From contig CBDCDC010000002.1 in assembly GCA_965215195.1 (NCBI GenBank), positions 2,368,001-2,432,000 of the forward strand: a stretch of DNA of 64,000 nucleotides, in the 5' to 3' direction. Of the stretch, positions 1-8,059 are shown in pieces. A program made the position numbers and the translations under genes. Position 1 is the stretch's first letter. Every line of letters begins with the position of its first letter. The notes under the pieces are model-generated. The model saw only the letters and a list, made by a program, of their open reading frames with translations. It was not told the DNA's origin and searched no databases. This stretch comes from Candidatus Latescibacterota bacterium. GTDB lineage: Bacteria > Latescibacterota > UBA2968 > UBA8231.

Positions 1-19
1 GATGGTCAAACTCGAATAG
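1..19 (+). CDS. 3' end (MVKLE*) of a further FG-GAP/FlgD-Ig paralog that starts left of the window
   Basis: ATG GTC AAA CTC GAA TAG at 2-19 plus the downstream flank matches the end of the gene 665..2866. Confidence 0.8.
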
Positions 20-65
20 ACACATGAGTCTATTCTCTCTTCGGCCCAGAAAGGAGGTGTATCCC

Positions 66-149
66 GTGCTCGCAGGTTTGATGCCAAGTCAGCGACCACA
101 ACGGTTCGCTGATCCTTTTCCGACCCTTTTGAGGAGAAATGCATTATGA
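66..149 (+). promoter_or_regulatory. Putative leader uORF (MLAGLMPSQRPQRFADPFPTLLRRNAL) behind an extended Shine-Dalgarno, overlapping the peptide start
   Basis: AGAAAGGAGGTG at 48-59, GTG at 66, TGA at 147-149 overlapping ATG at 146; related copies start at 2913, 21250 and 23529. Confidence 0.5.
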
Positions 150-466
150 AGTCCTTAACGTTTGTTTTCGAGGCGACGCTGCTGGCCCCGCTGGTGGAGT
201 TCGCCACGTCGACCAGCGGCCACGTTGAGCCGCGCCAGGGCTTGGCCTTGGGGTGGTTGGGCAGCGTGGTGGCCGGGCTGGCGGTGGTGTTCGGCACGGC
301 CGACCAGGCGCAGGCCGATCCCTGCAACGAAGGCTGGCACTGCTCCAACGATATGTGCGCCGAGGATCACCATGGAAACGGTCTTGCGGCGTGGGACAGA
401 TACTATGTCCACGATGATGAAAATCACTGCACAAACACGATTAGTTCCTGTAGCTGTCCTCCGTAA
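146..466 (+). CDS. Small secreted Cys-rich peptide / RiPP-like precursor 1
   Basis: GAGGAG RBS; hydrophobic h-region and AQA cleavage motif; 49-aa core with 6 Cys; paralog at 2993. Confidence 0.85.
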   Translation: MKSLTFVFEATLLAPLVEFATSTSGHVEPRQGLALGWLGSVVAGLAVVFGTADQAQADPCNEGWHCSNDMCAEDHHGNGLAAWDRYYVHDDENHCTNTISSCSCPP

Positions 467-538
467 TCTACCATCCGAGTATATCATGGCTGTCCAAATA
501 GGAGGATGGTTCTACAGTAAGTGCTGAGAGGTATAGCC

Positions 539-569
539 CATGTGGCACTCTCGGGCCGGGTGCCACATG
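539..569 (+). promoter_or_regulatory. Intergenic stem-loop between peptide gene 1 and the FG-GAP gene
   Basis: CATGTGGCAC...GTGCCACATG 10-bp inverted repeat; conserved at 3395-3423 and degenerate near 5711-5736. Confidence 0.6.
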
Positions 570-664
570 AGATGTTTATCCTCTGGTCTACTGCGTCTGT
601 CGGGTGGACATAGAGAGGGTACTTGATCAGCTCACACTCCTTCCCTCATTGCTGGAGGTAAACT

Positions 665-2866
665 ATGCGCTACTTGCTCTTAGTCATTTTGTTGTTGGCG
701 GCTCCGCTGGGAGTCTTGGCCATAACGTGGGATTTTGACGACGGCACTACTGGGGGCTGGACCGCCCACGAGAGCTTCTTAGGCGAGCTCAGGGCAGTTA
801 CTCCCACCACAGTGTACAGCGAAGTCGAAGCCGGCGTCTGGCGCATTGCGCCGGTGCCGAATGGGCAGATACCGGCCATTCGCTTGCTCTCGCCGCTGAT
901 AGGGGAAGACTCGGCTCTGTTCGACCGGGTCACCCTCCGGCTGCGCATCCTCCACGATCGCCCCACTGGGGGGAACCTCCTGATGAACTGGTCCAATGCC
1001 GAGTCCCGACGCCGCAAGCAGGAAGACTACAGACTAGACAGCCGGTCGGGGTTTTATACGCTCCGTTATCAATACTATCCCATCGACTGGGAAAACGTCA
1101 CGATAGATATACGCGGCTTGGAAGCCGGGGCGGAAGCGAGACGACAAGAGCCGATTGCGACCATTTGGGCGGACACGGCGATCACTTGGCAGGACACCCT
1201 TTTCCACTTGCAGCTAGACCTCAACGTAAACCGCGACCCCCAGGGTCCGGCCGATCATCCGGCCTTTGTCGAAGTCGATTGGATTCAACTGACGGGGGCT
1301 GAAGAGCTGCTGTTCGGGGAATTGCCGCCCCGGGCGGTCGCCGGGGCGGCCGGGGGGCCCGGAGCGTTGTTCGCCGAGCCGCGTTTTTCTCTGCTGGGCT
1401 GGAGTATCGGTAGTCCTCCATTCTCGCAAGGTACGTTGGGCGATATAGATGGCGATGGGGATGCCGATCTGGTGGTGGTCTGGACGTACTTTGAGTCCGT
1501 CAAAGTGACCGAAGGGACGTTTGATCGAACGACCCAAGCGGGCTGGACGGTCGCGTCCAGCGACGGGTTGGGTGGCTTGGTTCCCACCCGAGAAGTGCTC
1601 CGCGGAGGCGAAGATCTCATGGGCATTGCGGGGGGCGATTTCAACGGCGATGGGCTTCTTGATCTGGCCTTTCGTGATGGTCGGACCCTCGAATTGTGGC
1701 TCAACCGGGGCGAGGATGGCTTTGAAACCATCCTCCAGCTATCCGACGTCTCTTTCAAAGGCTTAGCCGATGGCGACGGCGACGGCGATGTGGACCTGTT
1801 GGTCAGGGAATACGACGACCGGTTCCATCTACTATCGTCCGAAGTGATTATGTGGCTCAATGACGGTGCGGCTGGGTTTGCCCACCGCGATCGGTTCGTC
1901 CTCGACACCGAAGAAGATTTCACTCCTCGGCTGACGACGGGGCAACCGGTGGGCGAGGCCGTGCGCGTATTGTGGATCCGAGGGATCCGAGGGTGCTATG
2001 CCGGGGAGGCTCGTCTGACCCAGCCATGGGCGGCCAGCGAGCCACCCCCGCTGTTTCTTGACGCCGAGCTCAATCCCTGCGACCTGCAGCTAATCACCGA
2101 TCTGGATGGGGATGGGACGGTGGAGTTGATCGGGACGCCCGAGCGGAATCTATACTTCGACTTTCTTGATGGCATCACCTACCACGGTTTGGCGCTGTGG
2201 CGGGTGGACGCTGCGGGCGGGGTGGAACGCCACACTCTGCTCGGTCCGCAGGTGATGGTGCCGGATGAGAATTATGGTGGGGTCCTTGCCCACGACCTGA
2301 CTGGTGATGGCCTGCTGGACTTGGCCGTGGTGGATGGCAACCCGGCGACGGGGCCGGCACTGATCGTCTTGGTCGGCCAGCGCGATGGGGTGCCTGTCGT
2401 CGAAGGGCGCTACCCCCTGCCGGGCGTGGGCAGCCAAGTGCTCGCCGGCGATGTCAACGGCGATGGGGCGACCGATCTGGTGGTGCTGGGCAGGAGTGTG
2501 GACGGCGGTTTGGGCGGGGCCTTCGTCTTTCTCAACCAGAGCAGTCCGATGACAGCCGTGGCCAGTGAGACCGCGATCACGCCCTCCACCGTTGCCCTCG
2601 GCGCGAACTACCCCAATCCGTTCAATCCGGCCACGACGATCCCCGTATCGGTGGCGGCGGATGCGGGCGACGTGGCCGTAACCATCTACAACGTCTTGGG
2701 GCAGCCGGTGCGCGCGGTGTGGAACGGTCCGTTGGCGGCGGGCGAGCATCGGCTGACGTGGGATGGCCGAGACGGGCAGGGGCAATCCGTCGCCGCCGGA
2801 GTCTATCTGGTGCGGCTGCACCAAGGCGACCACACGCGCCTGCGCAAGATGGTCAAACTCGAATAG
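665..2866 (+). CDS. Secreted CBM-like domain + FG-GAP/VCBS repeats + C-terminal FlgD-Ig-like sorting domain (paralog A)
   Basis: Signal peptide; repeated GDxDGDGxxDL motifs; GANYPNPFNP...WDGRD...AGVY...KMVKLE tail. Confidence 0.9.
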   Translation: MRYLLLVILLLAAPLGVLAITWDFDDGTTGGWTAHESFLGELRAVTPTTVYSEVEAGVWRIAPVPNGQIPAIRLLSPLIGEDSALFDRVTLRLRILHDRPTGGNLLMNWSNAESRRRKQEDYRLDSRSGFYTLRYQYYPIDWENVTIDIRGLEAGAEARRQEPIATIWADTAITWQDTLFHLQLDLNVNRDPQGPADHPAFVEVDWIQLTGAEELLFGELPPRAVAGAAGGPGALFAEPRFSLLGWSIGSPPFSQGTLGDIDGDGDADLVVVWTYFESVKVTEGTFDRTTQAGWTVASSDGLGGLVPTREVLRGGEDLMGIAGGDFNGDGLLDLAFRDGRTLELWLNRGEDGFETILQLSDVSFKGLADGDGDGDVDLLVREYDDRFHLLSSEVIMWLNDGAAGFAHRDRFVLDTEEDFTPRLTTGQPVGEAVRVLWIRGIRGCYAGEARLTQPWAASEPPPLFLDAELNPCDLQLITDLDGDGTVELIGTPERNLYFDFLDGITYHGLALWRVDAAGGVERHTLLGPQVMVPDENYGGVLAHDLTGDGLLDLAVVDGNPATGPALIVLVGQRDGVPVVEGRYPLPGVGSQVLAGDVNGDGATDLVVLGRSVDGGLGGAFVFLNQSSPMTAVASETAITPSTVALGANYPNPFNPATTIPVSVAADAGDVAVTIYNVLGQPVRAVWNGPLAAGEHRLTWDGRDGQGQSVAAGVYLVRLHQGDHTRLRKMVKLE

Positions 2867-2992
2867 ACACATGAGTCTATTCTCTCTTCGGCCCAGAAAG
2901 GAGGTGTATCCCGTGCTCGCAGGTTTGATGCCAAGTCAGCGACCACAACGGTTCGCTGATCCTTTTCCGACCCTTTTGAGGAGGAATGCATT

Positions 2993-3319
2993 ATGAAGTC
3001 TTTGACGTTTGTTTTGGAGGCGACGCTGCTGGCCCCGCTGATGGAGTTCGCCACGTCGACCAGCGGCCACGTGGAGCCGCGCCAGGGCTTGGCCCTCGGC
3101 TGGCTGGGTAGCGTGGTGGCCGGGCTGGCGGTGGTGTTCGGCACGGCCGACCGGGCGCAGGCCGATCCTTGCAACGAAGGCTGGCACTGCTCCGACCCCC
3201 CCGAGGCATGCGAGTGGCATAAAAATGGAAACGTTCTAAAGTCGTGGAACTACTACTATAGCCACAGTCCTACTGATGGCTGTATAAGGTCGTCAAGTTC
3301 CTGTGTCTGTACTCCGTGA
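2993..3319 (+). CDS. Small secreted Cys-rich peptide / RiPP-like precursor 2
   Basis: Leader nearly identical to precursor 1; 51-aa core with 6 Cys; GAGGAG RBS. Confidence 0.85.
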   Translation: MKSLTFVLEATLLAPLMEFATSTSGHVEPRQGLALGWLGSVVAGLAVVFGTADRAQADPCNEGWHCSDPPEACEWHKNGNVLKSWNYYYSHSPTDGCIRSSSSCVCTP

Positions 3320-3517
3320 TCTACCATCCGGGTATATGGTGGCTGTCGCCAAATAGGAGGACGGTGCTGTAGTACATGCTGAGACGTATAGCCCATGTGG
3401 CACTTTAGGGCTGGGTGCCACATCGGCTTTTGGCTTCTGTTCTACTGCGTCTATCCCTCGAATAGAGGTAGGGTGTTTGAGCAGCTAACACTTCTCCACT
3501 GACTCAGGAGGTGCATT

Positions 3518-5704
3518 ATGCGCTGCTTGTTCATTACGATTGGCTTGTTGGCGGCTCCGCTGGGAGCCTTCGGTTTAACGTGGGATTTTGACGAGGGCAC
3601 CACTTGGGGCTGGACCGCCCACGAGAGCGAATTAGGCAATGATGGTGGCGTTCGTCCCACCACGGTGTACAGCGAAGTCGAAGACGGCGTCTGGCGCATT
3701 GCGCCGGTGCCGGTCGCGCAACGACCCGCCATTCGCTTGCTCTCGCCGCTGATAGGGGAAGACTCGGCCCTGTTCGACCAGGTCACCCTGCGGCTACGCA
3801 TCATCCACGACCGCCCCACTTGGGGAAACCTCCTGATGTACTGGTCCAATGGCGAGTCCAGACGCCGCAAGCAGGAAGCGGGCCAACTCGGAAGCAGCAG
3901 GTTGGGGTTTTATACGCTTCGTCTTCAACTCTATCCCATCGAATGGGAAAACATCACGATAGATATACGCGCCTTGGAAGCGGCGGCGGAAGCGAGACGA
4001 CAAGAGCCGGTCGCGACCATTTGGCCGGACACCGCGGTCACGTGGCAGGACACCCTCTTCCACTTGCAACTAGACCTAAACTTAAACCAAGACGCTCAAG
4101 GTCCGGCCGATCATCCGGCCTTTGTCGAAGTCGATTGGATCCAACTGACGGGGGCCGAAGAGTTGCTGCTGGGGGAATTGCCGCCCCGGGCGATTGCCGA
4201 GACTGGGCTACCCGGCGCGTTGTTCGCCGAACCGCGCTTTTCTGTGCTGGGTCCGGGTATCGGTGGCGTATTCTCGCAAGGTGTTTTGGGCGATGTGGAC
4301 GGCGATGGGGATGCTGATCTGGTGGTGGTCTGGAGATACTACACGGTCGTCTGGATAACCGAAGAGACGGTTGAGACGACGTCCCATACGGGCTGGACCA
4401 TAGCGTCCAGCGACGGGTTGGGCGGCTTGGTTCCCACCCGAGAGGTGCTCCTTCCAAGCCAAGACAGGTTCGCGCCCCTCATGGGGATTGCGGGGGGCGA
4501 TTTCGACGGGGATGGGCTTTTCGATCTGGCCTTTGAGGAAGGATTGAACCTTGAACTGTGGCTCAACCGAGGCGAGCATGGCTTTGAAACCATCCTCCAA
4601 CTATCCGACGTCTATTTCAAAGGCTTAGCCGATGGCGACGGCGATGGCGATGTGGACCTGTTGGTCGGGGAGATCGACGACCCATGGTCCAACGTGATTA
4701 TGTGGCTCAATGACGGCGTGGGCGGTTTTGGCCACAGCGATGGGTTCGTCCTCGATACCGAGGAAGAGCTCGGTTCTTTCCTGCTGGCCGGGCAACCGGG
4801 AGGCGAGGCCGTGCGCGTGTTGTGGAACCGACCCTGCTACCAGCCGTTGGGTACTTGGCGGCTGACCCAGCCGTGGGCGGCCAGCGAGCAGTCTCCGCTG
4901 TTTTTTGACGCCGAGGTCAATCCCTGTGACCTGCATCTGCTGACCGATCTGGATGGGGATGGGGCAGTGGAGTTCATCGGGACGCCCGAGCGGAATCTAT
5001 TCTTCGACTTTGATGCGATCACCACCTACCACGGTTTGGCGCTGTGGCGGGTGGACGCTGCGGGCAGGGTGGAACGCCACGACCTGCTCGGTCCGCAGGT
5101 GATGGTGCCGTATGCGGGGGGAGTCCTTGCCCGTGACCTGAGCGGCGATGGCCTGCTGGACTTGGCCGTAGTGGATGTCAACCCGGCGACGGGTCCGGCG
5201 CTGGTGGTGCTGGTCGGCCAGCGCGATGGGGTGCCCGTCGTTGAGGGGCGCTATCCGCTGCCGGGCGTGGGCAGCCAAGTGCTCGCCGGCGATGTCAACG
5301 GCGATGGGGCGACCGATCTGGTGGTGTTGGGCAGGAGTGTGGAAGGGGGCGACGGCGGGGCCTTCGTCTTTCTCAACCAGAGCAGTCCGATGACAGCCGT
5401 AGCGGTTGAGTCGGCCACGCCATCGGCTTTTACCCTCGGCGCGAACTATCCCAATCCATTCAATCCGGCTACGACCCTCCCCGTATCGGTGGCGGCAGAT
5501 GCGGGCGACGTGGCCGTAACCATCTACAACGTCTTGGGGCAGCCGGTGCGCGCGGTGTGGAACGGTCCGTTGGCGGCGGGCGAGCATCGGCTGACGTGGG
5601 ATGGCCGAGACGGGCAGGGGCAATCCGTCGCCGCCGGAGTCTATTTGTATCGGTTGCAGGTGGGCGAGCAGACACGTCTCCGCAAGATGGTCAAACTCGA
5701 ATAG
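3518..5704 (+). CDS. FG-GAP/FlgD-Ig paralog B
   Basis: Same architecture as A; GGAGG RBS. Confidence 0.9.
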   Translation: MRCLFITIGLLAAPLGAFGLTWDFDEGTTWGWTAHESELGNDGGVRPTTVYSEVEDGVWRIAPVPVAQRPAIRLLSPLIGEDSALFDQVTLRLRIIHDRPTWGNLLMYWSNGESRRRKQEAGQLGSSRLGFYTLRLQLYPIEWENITIDIRALEAAAEARRQEPVATIWPDTAVTWQDTLFHLQLDLNLNQDAQGPADHPAFVEVDWIQLTGAEELLLGELPPRAIAETGLPGALFAEPRFSVLGPGIGGVFSQGVLGDVDGDGDADLVVVWRYYTVVWITEETVETTSHTGWTIASSDGLGGLVPTREVLLPSQDRFAPLMGIAGGDFDGDGLFDLAFEEGLNLELWLNRGEHGFETILQLSDVYFKGLADGDGDGDVDLLVGEIDDPWSNVIMWLNDGVGGFGHSDGFVLDTEEELGSFLLAGQPGGEAVRVLWNRPCYQPLGTWRLTQPWAASEQSPLFFDAEVNPCDLHLLTDLDGDGAVEFIGTPERNLFFDFDAITTYHGLALWRVDAAGRVERHDLLGPQVMVPYAGGVLARDLSGDGLLDLAVVDVNPATGPALVVLVGQRDGVPVVEGRYPLPGVGSQVLAGDVNGDGATDLVVLGRSVEGGDGGAFVFLNQSSPMTAVAVESATPSAFTLGANYPNPFNPATTLPVSVAADAGDVAVTIYNVLGQPVRAVWNGPLAAGEHRLTWDGRDGQGQSVAAGVYLYRLQVGEQTRLRKMVKLE

Positions 5705-5833
5705 ACACATTGGCACTCTAGGGCCGGATGCCACATGGACTAATGGTCCTCTGTTCTACTGCGTCTATCCCTCGAATACGAATGGAGGTAGGGCGTTTGA
5801 TCGGCTCACACTCCCCCACTCTGGAGGTGCATT

Positions 5834-8038
5834 ATGCGCTACTTGCTCACTACGATTGGCTTGTTGTCGGCACCACTTGGAGCCTTCGCTTTAACGTGGG
5901 ATTTTGACGAGGGGACAACTTGGGGCTGGACCGCCTACGAGAGCATCTTAGGCAATCTCAGTTCAGTTACTCGCACCACGGTGTACAGCGAAGTCGAAGC
6001 TGGCGTCTGGCGCATTGCGCCGGTGCCGAATGGGGAAAGACCGGCCATTAGCTTACTCTCGCCGCTGATAGGGGAAGACTCGGCTCTGTTCGACCGGGTC
6101 ACCCTCCGGCTGCGCATCCTCCACGATCGCCCCACCGGGGGGAACCTCCTGATGAACTGGTCCAATGCCGAGTCCCGACGCCGCAAGCAGGAAGACTACA
6201 GACTAGCCAGCCGGTCGGGGTTTTATACGCTCCGTCCTCAACTCTATCCCATCGAATGGGAAAACGTCACGATAGATATACGCGCCTTGGAAGCCGCGGC
6301 GGAAGCGAGACGACAAGAGCCGATTGCGACCATTTGGGCGGACACGGCGATCACTTGGCAGGACACCCTCTTCCACGTGCAGCTAGACCTAAACTTACAC
6401 ACCAACCCCCAGGGTCCGGCCGATCATCCGGCCTTTGTCGAAGTCGATTGGATTGAACTGACGGGGGCTGAAGAGTTGCTGTTCGGAGAATTGCAGCCCC
6501 GGGCGATCGCCGAGGCCGGGTTGCCCGGGGCGTTGTTCACCGAGCCGCGTTTTTCTGCTTTGGGCCCGAGTATCGGTAGCTCATCCTCGCAAGGTACGTT
6601 GGGCGATGTAGATGGCGATGGGGATGCCGATTTGGTGGTGGTTTGGACCCACGACACGGTCGTCAAAGTGACCGAAGAGACGTTTGAGAGGACGACTCAA
6701 GCGGGCTGGACCATAGCGGCCAGCGACGAGTTGGGCGGTTTGATCCCCACCCGAGAGGTGCTTCTTCTAGGCGAAGATCGCTTGGGGATTGCGGGGGGCG
6801 ATTTCGATGGCGATGGGCTGCTCGATCTGGCCTTTATTGAAGGTACTCAGGGTATTAATCAGACCCTCGAATTGTGGCACAATCGGGGCGAGCAGGGCTT
6901 TGAAACCATCCTCCAGCTATCCGACATCTATTTCGAAGGCCTCGCCGATAGCGACGGCGACAGCGATGTGGACCTGTTGGTCGGGGAGTACGACGAGCTA
7001 CGGGACGAGCTAGTATGGTCGCAGGTGATTATGTGGATTAACAACGGCGCGGCCGGGTTTGCCGACCGCAATCGGTTCGCCGTCGGCAGCGAAGAAGATC
7101 TCTTGCCTTTCCTGCTGGCAGGGCAGCCGTTGGGCGAGGCCGTGCGCCTGTTGTGGCTGCGACCCTGCTACCAGCCTCAGGGGCTTTGGCGGCTGACCCA
7201 GCCGTGGGCGGCCAGCCAGCCCTCCCCGCTGTTTTTTGACGCCGAGGTCAATCCCTGCAACTTGCACCTGCTGACCGATCTGGATGGGGATGGAGCGGTG
7301 GAGTTGGTTGGGTCGCCCGAGCGGGATCTATTCTCCAACTTTGATGCTGGCTCCACCTACCACGGTTTGGCGCTGTGGCGGGTGGATGCCTCGGGCGAGG
7401 TGGAACGCCACGACCTGCTCGGTCCGCAGGTGCTCGTGCCGGATGAGAATTATGGTGGGGTCCTTGCCCGCGACCTGACTGGCGATGGCCTGCTGGACTT
7501 GGCCGTAGTGGATGTCAACCCGGCGACGGGGCCGGCGCTGGTGGTGCTGGTCGGCCAGCGCGATGGGGTGCCTGTCGTCGAGGGGCGCTATCCCCTGCCG
7601 GGCGTGGGCAGCCAAGTGCTCGCCGGCGATGTCAACGGCGATGGGGCTGTTGATCTGGTGGTGCTGGGCAGGAGTGTGGACGGCGGTCTCGGCGGGGCCT
7701 TCGTCTTTCTCAACCAGAGCAGTCCGCCTACAGCCGTAGCGGTTGAGTCGGCCACGCCATCGGCTTTTGCCCTCGGCGCGAACTATCCCAATCCATTCAA
7801 TCCAGCCACGACCCTTCCCGTATCGGTGGCGGGTGCGGGCGACGTGGCCGTAACCATCTACAACGTCTTGGGGCAGCCGGTGCGTCAAGTATGGAACGGT
7901 CCGCTGGCGGCGGGCGAGCATCGGCTGACGTGGGATGGCCGAGACGGGCAGGGGCAGCCGGTCGCGGCCGGGGTCTATCTGGTGCGGCTGCACCAAGGCG
8001 ACCACACGCGCCTCCGCAAGATGGTCAAACTCGAATAG
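5834..8038 (+). CDS. FG-GAP/FlgD-Ig paralog C
   Basis: Same architecture as A; GGAGG RBS. Confidence 0.9.
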   Translation: MRYLLTTIGLLSAPLGAFALTWDFDEGTTWGWTAYESILGNLSSVTRTTVYSEVEAGVWRIAPVPNGERPAISLLSPLIGEDSALFDRVTLRLRILHDRPTGGNLLMNWSNAESRRRKQEDYRLASRSGFYTLRPQLYPIEWENVTIDIRALEAAAEARRQEPIATIWADTAITWQDTLFHVQLDLNLHTNPQGPADHPAFVEVDWIELTGAEELLFGELQPRAIAEAGLPGALFTEPRFSALGPSIGSSSSQGTLGDVDGDGDADLVVVWTHDTVVKVTEETFERTTQAGWTIAASDELGGLIPTREVLLLGEDRLGIAGGDFDGDGLLDLAFIEGTQGINQTLELWHNRGEQGFETILQLSDIYFEGLADSDGDSDVDLLVGEYDELRDELVWSQVIMWINNGAAGFADRNRFAVGSEEDLLPFLLAGQPLGEAVRLLWLRPCYQPQGLWRLTQPWAASQPSPLFFDAEVNPCNLHLLTDLDGDGAVELVGSPERDLFSNFDAGSTYHGLALWRVDASGEVERHDLLGPQVLVPDENYGGVLARDLTGDGLLDLAVVDVNPATGPALVVLVGQRDGVPVVEGRYPLPGVGSQVLAGDVNGDGAVDLVVLGRSVDGGLGGAFVFLNQSSPPTAVAVESATPSAFALGANYPNPFNPATTLPVSVAGAGDVAVTIYNVLGQPVRQVWNGPLAAGEHRLTWDGRDGQGQPVAAGVYLVRLHQGDHTRLRKMVKLE

Positions 8039-8059
8039 ACACATGAACTGGGAGCGGAC

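Noticed and set aside
48-65. 16S rRNA fragment on the minus strand
   Set aside because: Only ~12 nt match and they are positioned as a Shine-Dalgarno; there is no flanking rRNA sequence
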